A stretch of 54,810 nucleotides of DNA from Vicinamibacterales bacterium (GCA_040881785.1 JBBECO010000271.1:1-54810), one strand, 5' to 3'; positions 8,074 through 17,270 are shown, counted from the stretch's first letter. Translations and numbers: made by a program. The notes: generated by a model from the letters alone, not told the origin.

Positions 8074-8815
8074 GCCCGGCCGGCAAGTCATACGGCACGA
8101 CGCGCCTGAAGACTTCGAGGTCGTCGTGCGCCACGAGCCCGTAGAGATGCCGGAGCAGGCCTGCGATCATCCGATCCTCGACGCAGACGATCCGGTAGGC
8201 TCCCGTGGGCGTCAGCACGACTGTCCCTGTCGTCCAGCCCTCCTTGCGTCTCGAGGACACGACGACAAGTGCCGCGCCGGGCACGCCGGCTTCGGCGCCG
8301 GTGCGCACGCGGTCCGCAACGTCAGGCCCCTGCCGAGTGGCGAGCTCCACCGCCGCGCGCCTGGCCCGGCGGCGAACGCGAGACGTCCGAAGTCCCTTGT
8401 CGATCGCGGTGAGCAGCGGATCGCCGAGCGGGGAGTCCGAGGCGGCGCCGATCGCGCGCAAGGAACCCGAGGCGACAAGATATGTGGAGATCCACCCCGC
8501 GGGCGTGAGCAGGATGAAGGTCAACCACGACAGTCCACTCGCCGCCGCCAGCGTGGTCGTGCTCACCTGAAGGTGTTGCGGGGTCGTGGCCGGATCCTGT
8601 TTTGCCGCCGCCGCGAGCAGGGCCCGGTTGTTCCGGACGGACACGTCCTCGGCGTGCGCGAAGAAACCGGGTATGCCAATAGCGGCGCCGGCCAGGATCG
8701 TCACGATGGCACCGGCGGCGACCTGCGGAGAAACCTGATCTTCGAAGCGGGACCAGTAATACCGCGGAAGGATGCCCACGAAGACCCCGGCGATGAAGCG
8801 CAGTGCTTCGCGCAC
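8063..8815 (-). CDS. Hypothetical membrane protein
   Basis: 250-aa ORF with several hydrophobic segments in the N-terminal half (GAIVTILAGAAIGIPGFF, LSWLTFILLTPAGWISTYLVASG) and a soluble-looking C-terminal half. No family recognised. Confidence 0.6.
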   Translation of the reverse strand: MREALRFIAGVFVGILPRYYWSRFEDQVSPQVAAGAIVTILAGAAIGIPGFFAHAEDVSVRNNRALLAAAAKQDPATTPQHLQVSTTTLAAASGLSWLTFILLTPAGWISTYLVASGSLRAIGAASDSPLGDPLLTAIDKGLRTSRVRRRARRAAVELATRQGPDVADRVRTGAEAGVPGAALVVVSSRRKEGWTTGTVVLTPTGAYRIVCVEDRMIAGLLRHLYGLVAHDDLEVFRRVVPYDLPAGRPT

Positions 8816-8840
8816 GGGGTCAGCATAGCTGAAGGCGCCG

Positions 8841-8927
8841 CTATCTGTTGACGAGCATCAGCGCAATGCCCACCATGACGATCAGGATCGCCACCACCCA
8901 CCACGACAAACCCGCGACTTTGTTCAT
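8841..8927 (-). CDS. Candidate 28-aa single-TM micropeptide (MNKVAGLSWWVVAILIVMVGIALMLVNR)
   Basis: ATG preceded by GGGGAG about 9 nt upstream. It ends 25 nt upstream of, and on the same strand as, the membrane protein gene. It falls below the ORF-track size cutoff. Confidence 0.3.
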   Translation of the reverse strand: MNKVAGLSWWVVAILIVMVGIALMLVNR

Positions 8928-9060
8928 ACCCGACGCTCCCCCAGCAGGGATGAGTTGCAACCCGCTGGCCGCTTACAAAAGTTGAGGTTGACGGGGAAGG
9001 CCCGTTCGTCCGACACTCTGCCTACTCCCCAGGTTCTTCCGTGCGAAAGGTACGCCCCGC

Positions 9061-9303
9061 GTGTCTGTGCTCCCCGTCCATCCAGACGGTCGTCTGCTGT
9101 GGCGTCTGCGTCGCCGGTCATCGGACGTCAGCTGCGTGCTGTTCGCGGCCTCGCTGCCCGTCGAGGTGCAGGTGCTGCAGGACCGGGACGTCGTGCTGTC
9201 AGAGGTGTTTCCCGAGGAAGTGCTGGCGATGCGGTGGGCAACGGTTTACGGGGAGCGCCTCCGGCAGCAGGGCTGGCGGGAGGCGCCCGGGGAAGTGGCC
9301 TGA
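9061..9303 (+). CDS. Hypothetical small protein (80 aa)
   Basis: GTG start 10 nt after AAAGG. The translation looks protein-like (VLFAASLPVEVQVLQDRDVVLSEVFPEEVLAMRWATVYGERLRQQGW). No family recognised. Confidence 0.45.
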   Translation: MSVLPVHPDGRLLWRLRRRSSDVSCVLFAASLPVEVQVLQDRDVVLSEVFPEEVLAMRWATVYGERLRQQGWREAPGEVA

Positions 9304-9308
9304 CGGCC

Positions 9309-9488
9309 TCAGGCGAAGACGAGCGCGGCGGCGCCCCACAGCACGAGCGCGACGATGGAGGCCAGCGTCAGGTCCTTCCACAGCGGCGGGTTCTGTTCCG
9401 ACTCGTCGAGATCGACGTCGAGCGCGCGCAGTCTCGGTTCGATTCGCCAGCTCTCGATCGTCCAGTCGTCATAATGCCTGGATCCCAC
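9309..9488 (-). CDS. Hypothetical 59-aa tail-anchored membrane protein
   Basis: GTG start 5 nt after GGAGGAGG. C-terminal TM segment LTLASIVALVLWGAAALVFA. It is the only plausible part of the 341-aa ORF-track entry 9309-10334. Confidence 0.45.
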   Translation of the reverse strand: MGSRHYDDWTIESWRIEPRLRALDVDLDESEQNPPLWKDLTLASIVALVLWGAAALVFA

Positions 9489-9747
9489 AGACACCTCCTC
9501 CGGGAAAGACAGGGCCGAGGACGCAAGCGGCCTGCCAGCCCGGCGCGGCCTGGACCTGGCCGGATTCCGAGGAAATCGGCGTCTCAGTCGTCCGGATCCG
9601 GCGGGATTCCGCCCGCCGCGTCGCAAAAAGATGCACACCGGCGCCGGAGATCTGACGTAGACTGCTCGGTGCCAGCCAGCCTGCCCGCCGGACCGGACGT
9701 CCGGTAGCCGCCGGACCGCCGATCCGGCCACAGGAGCGGGGCGCGTC

Positions 9748-11799
9748 ATGTCCAGTCGCAGTGCAGTTGTCGTCACCGGCCTGTGTGCCGCCACGCTCTC
9801 GCTCGTCGCGCAGTCCGCGCCGCCGGCCGCCGCCCAGGATCCGCAGCGCCCGCGTTTCCGCACCGAGGCGAACTTCGTGCGCGTGGATGTGTTCCCGACG
9901 CGCAACGGCGCACCCGTGAAGGACCTGACGGCGGCGGATTTCGACGTGCTCGAAGACGGTGTGCCGCAGAAGATCGAGACCTTCGAGTTCGTGCAGGTCC
10001 GAACCGGCGCGCCTCTGAACGAACGGCGGGAGCCGAATACGATCGGGGAGATGCGCGAGGCGATGCGGGACCCGCGCGCGCGTGTGTTCGTCCTGTTCCT
10101 CGATGTGCCGCACGTGGGGATCGGCAATTCGATGGTCATGCGCGAGCCGCTCGTCCGCCTGATCGATCGCGTCCTCGGACCGGACGATCTCGTCGGTATC
10201 ATGACGCCGATGATGGCGTCCTCCGACGTGGTGTTTGCGCGGAAGACGCAGGTCATGGCCGGCGGCCTGCGCGACAAGTGGCCCTGGGGTGAGCGCTTCT
10301 CGCTCGCCGAAGACGAGCGGGAGATCCTGTACAAGGCGTGCTACCCGTGGGAAGCGACCAAGGACGTGGTCGCGGAGATGATCGCCCGCCGCCGGGAACG
10401 TTACACGCTCGACTCCCTGTACGACCTGGTCAACTGGCTGCGTGACGAGCGGGAAGAGCGCAAGGCGGTGCTCACCGTCTCGGAGGGATGGGCACTCTTC
10501 CGTCCCAACACGGACCTGACGCGCCCCCGCGTGATCGCTCCTGGCGTGACGGAGCCGATCCCCGGGCCGGAGCCGATCGGCACCGGGTCGGATGGCCGCC
10601 TGCGGATCGGCCACGAGAACAGTCGAGGCAGCGGAACGAAGACGGAATGCGATCGCGATCGCCTGTACCTGTCGCTCACGGACAACGACCTCTACTTCAG
10701 GGACATCATCGGGGCGGCCAATCGCGCCAACGCCAGCTTCTACACGGTCGATCCCCGCGGACTGGACGTCTTCGATGCGCCGATCGGTCCGGCAAAGCCG
10801 CCGCCGCTGGCGGTCGACATGGCCAATCTCCGCCACCGCATCGAGACGCTGCAGACCCTGGCGGAAGCGACCGACGGCCTGGCCGCGGTCAACAGCAATG
10901 ACATCGACAAGGGGCTGCGGCGCATCACCGACGACCTGTCGTCCTACTACCTGCTCGGGTACTACTCGACAAACACGAAACTGGACGGCCAGTTCCGCAG
11001 GATTCAGGTCAAGGTGACACAGCCCGGCATCGATCTGCGCGCGCGACGAGGGTACAAGGCCGCGACGGAACGCGAGGTGACCGAAGCGCGCGACGCGGCC
11101 TCCGCTCCCGTGCCCGAGCATGTCAAGGTCGCCCACGACGCACTCGAGGGGCTCGGACGGATTCGCCCGGCCTGGACGTTCAGCGCGCACGCCATTGCCG
11201 TCCAGGGGGACGAGACGACGGTGTGGGTGGCGGGGGAGATGAAGGGTGCGGCAGCGGCAGCCGCCACGGCCGAGATCACCGTGAGCGTGGGAGGCGAGAC
11301 ATCGGTTGCGTCGGCCGTGCTGGCGGCCGGACAGCGCGGCTTCGTCGTTCCCGTTACCTTGCAGAAACGCGTGACCGACACCTTGACCGTGCGCGTGCGC
11401 GTTCCCCAGGGACCAGGGCAGGCATCGCTCACCGACATGCTCAGAATCGATGCCGTCGAGGGGCTCCCGCACGCATTGCTGTACCGCCGCGGGCCATCGA
11501 CCGGCAACCGCATGCAGCCGGCAGGATCGCCCGCCTTCAGCCGTACCGAGCGCGCGCGGCTGGAGATCCCCGTCGAGGCGGACGCGAAACTCACCGGCAG
11601 CCGCGTCCTCGATCGCAACGGCGGCGTGATCGAGCTCCCGGTGACACTCGCCGAGCGCACCGACGAGGCGGGACAGCGCTGGCTGACCGCGGAACTCGTC
11701 CTGGCGCCCCTGGCCGCCGGCGATTACATCGTGGAGTTGAGTGGAACCGTGGGCGGGGCGGAGCACAAGGTGCTCACGGCGATCCGCGTCACGCGGTAG
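9748..11799 (+). CDS. VWFA-related domain protein (acidobacterial type, TIGR03436-like)
   Basis: Signal peptide, then FRTEANFVRVDVFPT..G.PV.DLTAADFDVLEDGVPQKIETFEF, the characteristic N-terminus of this family. AGGAGCGGGG Shine-Dalgarno upstream. Confidence 0.7.
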   Translation: MSSRSAVVVTGLCAATLSLVAQSAPPAAAQDPQRPRFRTEANFVRVDVFPTRNGAPVKDLTAADFDVLEDGVPQKIETFEFVQVRTGAPLNERREPNTIGEMREAMRDPRARVFVLFLDVPHVGIGNSMVMREPLVRLIDRVLGPDDLVGIMTPMMASSDVVFARKTQVMAGGLRDKWPWGERFSLAEDEREILYKACYPWEATKDVVAEMIARRRERYTLDSLYDLVNWLRDEREERKAVLTVSEGWALFRPNTDLTRPRVIAPGVTEPIPGPEPIGTGSDGRLRIGHENSRGSGTKTECDRDRLYLSLTDNDLYFRDIIGAANRANASFYTVDPRGLDVFDAPIGPAKPPPLAVDMANLRHRIETLQTLAEATDGLAAVNSNDIDKGLRRITDDLSSYYLLGYYSTNTKLDGQFRRIQVKVTQPGIDLRARRGYKAATEREVTEARDAASAPVPEHVKVAHDALEGLGRIRPAWTFSAHAIAVQGDETTVWVAGEMKGAAAAAATAEITVSVGGETSVASAVLAAGQRGFVVPVTLQKRVTDTLTVRVRVPQGPGQASLTDMLRIDAVEGLPHALLYRRGPSTGNRMQPAGSPAFSRTERARLEIPVEADAKLTGSRVLDRNGGVIELPVTLAERTDEAGQRWLTAELVLAPLAAGDYIVELSGTVGGAEHKVLTAIRVTR

Positions 11800-11803
11800 G
11801 ACG

Positions 11804-11958
11804 TTTCCTTCCGCCAAAAGGCGGAAGCCACGGGGACCCGAGATTGACTCCCTTGAGTGCCAAGTGGCTTCCACCTTTAGGTGGAAGGAGACAGGCTAGA
11901 TTCGCCCCCAACCGTAATAGTGGCTTCCACCTTTAGGTGGAAGAAGACCCGCTAGATC
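11804..11958. repeat. REP-like family 2 (GTGGCTTCCRCCTTTWGGYGGAAG): three copies, one inverted
   Basis: Hairpin CTTCCGCC-AAAA-GGCGGAAG at 11808-11827 (inverted copy). Two about 39-bp direct copies AGTGGCTTCCACCTTTAGGTGGAAG(G/A)AGAC..GCTAGAT at 11863-11900 and 11919-11958. The last copy contains the stop codon of the histidine kinase gene. Confidence 0.8.
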
Positions 11959-14627
11959 AACGCCGGAAGCAGAGCCGACAGGCGGTCGACTTCCTGCTCG
12001 AGCAGCGGGAGCGTCTCCCGGGCGGCGGCGACGTCGCCGTCATACCCGATCGCCTCCATGCGCGTCGCCACGCCGCGGGCGGATCCCTGGGGGAAGTTGC
12101 TGATCGTCCCCTTGAGCGCGTGCGCCGCGCGGCGCAGCGCGATCATGTCTTCCGCCGCAAGGGCCGTCCGGATCTGATCCATCAGCCTGGGACTCTGCTC
12201 CAGGAAAATATCCACCAGCTTCCTCGCCAGCTCCACGTCGTCGTCCAGACCTGCGAGGAACGCGGGACGTCCGGCGAGCTCCGGCGGCACGCTGCTCGGT
12301 GTGCCGTTGACGCTCAACTCTTCGACGGCGCGGAACAGCGCGTCGCGTGAGATCGGCTTCGAGACGAACAGGTCCATGCCGGCCGCCCGGCAGCGCGCCT
12401 GATCGTCGGAGAGCGCGGAGGCCGACATCCCGACGATCGGGATATGGCCGGAGGTCGCGTTCTCCCAGGCGCGGATCGTCGCCGCGGCCTGCAGGCCGTC
12501 GATCTCGGGCATCTGCAGGTCCATCAGCACGAGATCCACCGGCGTGCGCGCCAGCTCCTGCAGCGCCTCGCGGCCGTTCCGGGCGGTGACCACGCGGTGT
12601 CCCCTGCCCGAGAGCACGGCGTCGAGCAGCTCGCGGTGGACGTCTTCGTCTTCGACGACGAGCAGGGTGAGCGCGCGCTGATGCTCCTCGGCACCCGCCG
12701 CCTCGGACACCGGCGATGCCGCCGGCTCTGCCGCCTCGGCGGTGGCGAACGTCGCCGTGAAACGGAACGTGGATCCTTCTCCGGCGTCGCTCTCGACCCA
12801 GAGGTCGCCGCGCATCATCTCCACGAGGCGCATCGAAATCGACAACCCGAGGCCGGTGCCGCCGTAGCGGCGCGTGGCCGAGCCGTCGGCCTGCGAGAAG
12901 GCCTGGAACACCACGTCCTGTTTGTCGCGGGGAATCCCGATACCGGTATCGATCACGCCGAAATGCAGGCACACCTCACCCGGCAGCGCGCCGGCGACGC
13001 CGACCCGCAGGCGCACCTCGCCGCGGTCGGTGAACTTCAAGGCATTGCCGAGCAGGTTGATCAGCACCTGCCGGAGCCGCATTGCGTCGCCCACGAGGGC
13101 GTCGGGGGCCTCGTCGGCCACCTCGAGACTGAGCCGCAGCTGCTTCTCGGAGGCCCGGACGCGCAGCGTCTCCACGGCGTCGTGCACGGTGGCGCGCAGC
13201 GTGAACGGGGAATGGTCGAGGGTGAGCTTCCGCGATTCGATCTTCGAGAAGTCGAGGATGTCATTGATGATGGCCATCAGCGCTTCGGCCGTCGTCCGGA
13301 TGCGCCGCACCATGTTCTCGCGCAGCCCGCTCTCTTCCATGTGCTGCGCCATCCCGATGATCGCGCTGAGCGGCGTGCGGATCTCGTGGCTGACGTTGGC
13401 CAGGAATTCCCCTTTCGCGCGATTGGCGTCTTCCGATTTGGCGCGGGCGTCCTCGACGAGGCGCGACTTGTCTTCGAGCTGCCGCACGAGATCGCGCGGA
13501 CGGGTGACATCCTGGAAGCTGAAGGTCAGCCCGGCGATCTCGCCGTTGACGTCGCGGGCGGGCTGCGCGCTCCAGTGAAGGATCCGGCCGCTCGACGGCT
13601 GCTGCAGGTCCCCCTGGCCGGCGGCCCAGGGGTCTTCGAGCAGCGTGTGCAGCGTGGGCAGGAAGCTGTCGCCGTCGCCGACGGAGTAGAGCCGCGACAC
13701 CAGCCGCGAGAGCTCCGCGCCGATGACGTTGACCGGATCGAAGCCGAGGAGGTCTCCCGCGCGGACGTTGGCCGCGTCGATCCGGCCGTCGCGGCGGACG
13801 AAGATGATCCCGTCGGACGTCGAGTTGAAGATCTGCTGCTGCCGCGTGCGGTCCCGCTGCGCCGAGGCGTAGAGCATGGCGTTCTCGTTGGCCAGCCGGG
13901 ACTGGGTATCGACTGACTGCCGCAGCTCACGGGAGGAGCTCTCGAGGGCCTCGGACTTCTGACCGAGCTCGCTCACCAGCTGCCGCGCCAGCCGGATGAC
14001 GTGCGACGTCCGCTGCGTGCGGCGGTCCGCATTCCGCGCGACCATCGCGGCGTAGAGGCTCCCCGTGTAGAGCACCGTGATCTTGGCCAGTTCCGGCCCC
14101 AGCGGGATGTCCCGGCCGTCGAGCAGGATGATGTACGCCACCACGCCCGCATAGGTGAGCGGCGCCAGGTGCGCGAAGAACAGCGCGCGGCGGACGGAAA
14201 TGGGCGTCTGGTCCACGACCCGGAAGATCGGCAGGAGGAACAGCCAGCTCTTGTCACCGCCGCTGGCATAGATGGCCAGCCCGTCGATCCAGAGATCGAA
14301 GATCAGGAAGGCGACCCCGAGATCGAAGTACTTCCGCAGGTCGGCGTAGAAGAGATGCAGCAGGTACCACGAGACGGCGCAGTACAGCGCGAAGGCCAGG
14401 TTCAGGCGCTGCCACTCCGCCCAGTTGACCGACCCGTTGACGAAGTAGTTGTGGAGGAGGACGGTCAGCGAGACGAGCGCGTAGCCCAGCACACGGAGCT
14501 TCGGCACCGTGACGGTGTTGAGGCGTACTACGCGCTCACGCTTGCGCCGTTCGGCATCCTGGGCGTCGACATAGAGTTCCCAGGAGTCAGGCGAAGTCGC
14601 GGCACGCTTGAACAAGCGCGCAAACAT
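11952..14627 (-). CDS. Hybrid sensor histidine kinase / response regulator (multi-TM, PAS, HisKA, HATPase_c, REC, HPt)
   Basis: H-box VSHEIRTPL. G-boxes DTGIGIP and GGTGLGLSI. REC segment LLVVEDEDV...VLMDLQMPEIDG. C-terminal HPt AAHALKGTISNF. Preferred start MFARLFK at 14627. The ORF-track start at 14714 abuts the tRNA gene. Confidence 0.9.
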   Translation of the reverse strand: MFARLFKRAATSPDSWELYVDAQDAERRKRERVVRLNTVTVPKLRVLGYALVSLTVLLHNYFVNGSVNWAEWQRLNLAFALYCAVSWYLLHLFYADLRKYFDLGVAFLIFDLWIDGLAIYASGGDKSWLFLLPIFRVVDQTPISVRRALFFAHLAPLTYAGVVAYIILLDGRDIPLGPELAKITVLYTGSLYAAMVARNADRRTQRTSHVIRLARQLVSELGQKSEALESSSRELRQSVDTQSRLANENAMLYASAQRDRTRQQQIFNSTSDGIIFVRRDGRIDAANVRAGDLLGFDPVNVIGAELSRLVSRLYSVGDGDSFLPTLHTLLEDPWAAGQGDLQQPSSGRILHWSAQPARDVNGEIAGLTFSFQDVTRPRDLVRQLEDKSRLVEDARAKSEDANRAKGEFLANVSHEIRTPLSAIIGMAQHMEESGLRENMVRRIRTTAEALMAIINDILDFSKIESRKLTLDHSPFTLRATVHDAVETLRVRASEKQLRLSLEVADEAPDALVGDAMRLRQVLINLLGNALKFTDRGEVRLRVGVAGALPGEVCLHFGVIDTGIGIPRDKQDVVFQAFSQADGSATRRYGGTGLGLSISMRLVEMMRGDLWVESDAGEGSTFRFTATFATAEAAEPAASPVSEAAGAEEHQRALTLLVVEDEDVHRELLDAVLSGRGHRVVTARNGREALQELARTPVDLVLMDLQMPEIDGLQAAATIRAWENATSGHIPIVGMSASALSDDQARCRAAGMDLFVSKPISRDALFRAVEELSVNGTPSSVPPELAGRPAFLAGLDDDVELARKLVDIFLEQSPRLMDQIRTALAAEDMIALRRAAHALKGTISNFPQGSARGVATRMEAIGYDGDVAAARETLPLLEQEVDRLSALLPALI

Positions 14628-14648
14628 AAGGGCTTTACGGAGGATGGG

Positions 14649-14654
14649 ATTGTA
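14649..14654 (-). promoter_or_regulatory. Candidate -10 box (TACAAT on the minus strand) upstream of the histidine kinase gene
   Basis: The minus strand reads CTACAATCCC, 21 nt upstream of the ATG at 14627. It shares the TAYAATCC form seen at other starts. Confidence 0.3.
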
Positions 14655-14689
14655 GCAGAAGTGGGCTCGCGCGAGTGAGCGAGTCGGGG

Positions 14690-14712
14690 GTCTGGGGGCG
14701 AAGCCCCCAGAC
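14690..14712. repeat. Perfect 10-bp-stem hairpin GTCTGGGGGC-GAA-GCCCCCAGAC (REP-like, family 3)
   Basis: Seen directly. Lies between tRNA-Gly and the histidine kinase gene. It is preceded by GAGTGAGCGAGTCGGGGG, a motif that recurs at 17885-17963. Confidence 0.75.
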
Positions 14713-14718
14713 AAATAT

Positions 14719-14792
14719 TGGAGCGGGCTACGGGGATCGAACCCGTCTGACTGGCTTGGGAAGCCAGGACATTACCACTATGCTAAGCCCGC
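14719..14792 (-). tRNA. tRNA-Gly (anticodon CCC)
   Basis: The reverse complement reads GCGGGCTTAGCATAGTGGTAATGTCCTGGCTTCCCAAGCCAGTCAGACGGGTTCGATCCCCGTAGCCCGCTCCA. It folds as a cloverleaf with anticodon loop TTCCCAA, T-loop GGTTCGATCC and an encoded CCA. Confidence 0.9.
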
Positions 14793-14826
14793 TCAGGTGA
14801 GGCCCATTTTACCATGACGCCGCAGG

Positions 14827-14853
14827 ACGCCCGGCCTGAAGGCCGGGCCTACG
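14827..14853. repeat. REP-like hairpin, family 1 variant (ACGCCCGGCCTGAAGGCCGGGCCTACG)
   Basis: Stem GCCCGGCC / GGCCGGGC with loop TGAA. It overlaps the stop codon (14849-14851) of the phosphomannomutase gene. Confidence 0.75.
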
Positions 14854-16204
14854 AACGGATGAACGCCAGGACCTCGTCGCGCTTCTCTTCCATCAGCGCC
14901 TGCGTCGTGGCCTCCAGATTCAACCTCAGCATCGGCTCGGTGTTCGACGCACGCACGTTGAAGTGCCAGTCGGGGTATTCGACCGAGGTGCCGTCCATGG
15001 CATAGACCCGGCCGTCCTGGTACTTCGCCGACAACGCGTCGAGCTTCGCCGGGATCAGGCTCATGTCTTTCAGCTTGGTGTTGATCTCCCCGGAGATGAA
15101 GTACTTCTCCCGCAGCGGCTCCAGCAGCTCTCGCAGTGTCTGGCCCTTGATCGACATCAGCTCGAGGATCAGCAGCGCCGGGATGAACCCGTTGTCGGCG
15201 TAGAAATAGTCGCGGAAGTAGTAGTGCCCGGTCACCTCACCGCCGAAGATGGCCCCCTCCTCGCGCATCCGCTGCTTGAAGAAAGCGTGGCCGACCCGGT
15301 TCATCAGGGCTGTGCCGCCGTATTTCGCGACCGTGTCTTTCACCGCGTAGCTGGCGCGGACGTCGTAGACGATTTTTGCGCCCGGGTGTTTCAGCAGGAA
15401 GGCCTCCGCGAGCAGCGCCGTCACGAAGTCGCCCGCGATGAACTCGCCGCTGCCGTCGATGAAGAAGACCCGGTCCGCGTCGCCGTCCCACGCGATGCCG
15501 ATGTCGGCCTTGTCGCGCACGACGCGCTCGACGATGTCGCGGCGGTTCTCCTCGATGAGCGGATTCGCTTCGTGGTTGGGGAACGTCCCATCCACCTCGA
15601 AGCACATCGTCGTCACCTTGCACGGGAGCCCGGCGAACAGCTTCGGCGCGACGAGACCGGCCATGCCGTTGCCGGCGTCGAGCACGACATGAAAGGGCTT
15701 GATCGTGTCGGTATCGATGAACGACAGGACGAGCTTCACGTAGTCGTCCACGACGTTCTTGGTCGTCACCGTGCCGCGTCCGGCCGGCGGTGCCGGCAGT
15801 TTCCCCTGCGCGATCATGTCGCGAATGTCGCCGATGCCCGCGTCGCCGCTGAGCGGGAAGGCTTCCTTCCGCACCATCTTGATGCCGTTGTATTCCTTGG
15901 GGTTGTGAGAGGCGGTGATCTGCACGCCGCCGTCGAGCCCGTCGCGGGCCACGGCGAAGTACATCATGTCGGTGCCCATCATCCCGTAGTCGACGACGTC
16001 GGCTCCCTGTTCGGTTGCCCCCTCGATGAACGCCGCCGCCACCGATGGGGACGACAGGCGCATGTCGCGCGACACGGCAATGCGCGCGGCGCCGAGGTAG
16101 GCGACAAAGCCGCGGCCGATGAGGCGCGCCGCCTCCTCGTTGATCTCGGACGGGTAGAGGCCCCGGATGTCGTAGGCCTTGAAAATCGCGGGATTGATGC
16201 TCAT
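14849..16204 (-). CDS. Phosphomannomutase / phosphoglucomutase
   Basis: MSINPAIFKAYDIRG start. Active-site TASHNP motif (ITASHNPKEYNG). DGDADR metal loop. The start overlaps the upstream stop (ATGA). The ORF-track start at 16333 is rejected. Confidence 0.9.
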   Translation of the reverse strand: MSINPAIFKAYDIRGLYPSEINEEAARLIGRGFVAYLGAARIAVSRDMRLSSPSVAAAFIEGATEQGADVVDYGMMGTDMMYFAVARDGLDGGVQITASHNPKEYNGIKMVRKEAFPLSGDAGIGDIRDMIAQGKLPAPPAGRGTVTTKNVVDDYVKLVLSFIDTDTIKPFHVVLDAGNGMAGLVAPKLFAGLPCKVTTMCFEVDGTFPNHEANPLIEENRRDIVERVVRDKADIGIAWDGDADRVFFIDGSGEFIAGDFVTALLAEAFLLKHPGAKIVYDVRASYAVKDTVAKYGGTALMNRVGHAFFKQRMREEGAIFGGEVTGHYYFRDYFYADNGFIPALLILELMSIKGQTLRELLEPLREKYFISGEINTKLKDMSLIPAKLDALSAKYQDGRVYAMDGTSVEYPDWHFNVRASNTEPMLRLNLEATTQALMEEKRDEVLAFIRS

Positions 16205-17259
16205 AGCTTGCTGTAATCGGTCAAAACGGTCTTGTCGCCGAGTACCACGGGGCTCTCGACGACGGTGTTGCGGCCGACGTGGCAGTTGCGGCCGAGAATG
16301 GAGCCGCGGACGATGGCCTCCCGGCCGATCCACCCGTTGGGCCAGATGATGGAGCCGTCGATGACCGCCCCTTCTTCGACGTGCGTTTGCCGCCCCACCA
16401 CGGAGTGGGGAAGCACGCGCGCGCCGGCCTTCAGGACGACCCCCTCATCGATGAAGCAGGGGCCGTGAAGCTCCACGCCCTCTTCGACTTTCACGTCTGG
16501 TGCCACCCACGGCGCCCCGGGGGGCAGGCCCGCGAACGGCGGAGCCGCGTAGCGGCCGTCCATGATGTCGCGATGCACGTCGAGGTATTTCGCGGGGGTG
16601 CCGATATCGATCCAGTAGCCGCTGTCCGTGTACGCGACGAAGGTCTCGCCGCGCTCGATCAGGGACGGGAAGTAGCTGCGTTCGATCGACCAGGCCGTGT
16701 CCTTCGGGATGCGGTCGAACGTGTCGGGCTCGAGGATGTAAATGCCCGCATTGATGGTGTTGCAGGTGATCTCGCTGTCGCCCGGCTTCTCGAGAAAGCG
16801 CTGGATGTTGCCGGACGCGTCCGTTTCGACGAGACCGTACGCGCGCGGATTCTCGACCGGCGTGAGCACGATCGTCGCCTTCGCCTTGCGCGTGCGGTGC
16901 AGCGCCAGCACGGCGTTGACGTCCACCTGCGTCAGCACGTCGCCGTTGAAGACGATGACCGACTCGGTGAGCTGGTCTCCCGCGTACCGGATCGCGCCGC
17001 CGGTGCCGAGCGGCATCGGCTCGACGACATACCGGACGCGCAGCCCCAGGCCTTCGCCCTCGCCGAACACTTCCTCGATCCGCCGGGGCTGGTAGTTGAG
17101 GCTGAGGATGACCTCGTCCACCTCGGGCACCTGCCGCAGCTGGTCGATCTGGTAATGGAGGAACGGCCGATTGAAGATCGGCACGATCGGTTTCGGCGTG
17201 TGGACGGTGAGCGGTCTCAGGCGGGTGCCCTTGCCGCCGGCGAGAAGAATGGCCTTCAT
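16201..17259 (-). CDS. Mannose-1-phosphate guanylyltransferase-type NDP-sugar pyrophosphorylase with a C-terminal left-handed beta-helix
   Basis: MKAILLAGGKGTRLRPLT nucleotidyltransferase signature. Hexapeptide-repeat C-terminus. Preferred start at 17259. Confidence 0.85.
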   Translation of the reverse strand: MKAILLAGGKGTRLRPLTVHTPKPIVPIFNRPFLHYQIDQLRQVPEVDEVILSLNYQPRRIEEVFGEGEGLGLRVRYVVEPMPLGTGGAIRYAGDQLTESVIVFNGDVLTQVDVNAVLALHRTRKAKATIVLTPVENPRAYGLVETDASGNIQRFLEKPGDSEITCNTINAGIYILEPDTFDRIPKDTAWSIERSYFPSLIERGETFVAYTDSGYWIDIGTPAKYLDVHRDIMDGRYAAPPFAGLPPGAPWVAPDVKVEEGVELHGPCFIDEGVVLKAGARVLPHSVVGRQTHVEEGAVIDGSIIWPNGWIGREAIVRGSILGRNCHVGRNTVVESPVVLGDKTVLTDYSKL

Positions 17260-17270
17260 GTCAGCCCGCA

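Noticed and set aside
14719-14792. tRNA-Gly as an integration site for a genomic island (and likewise the partial tRNA at 1-53).
   Set aside because: There is no integrase, no direct repeat of the tRNA 3' end, and no compositional shift in the flanking genes. The neighbours are ordinary chromosomal genes.
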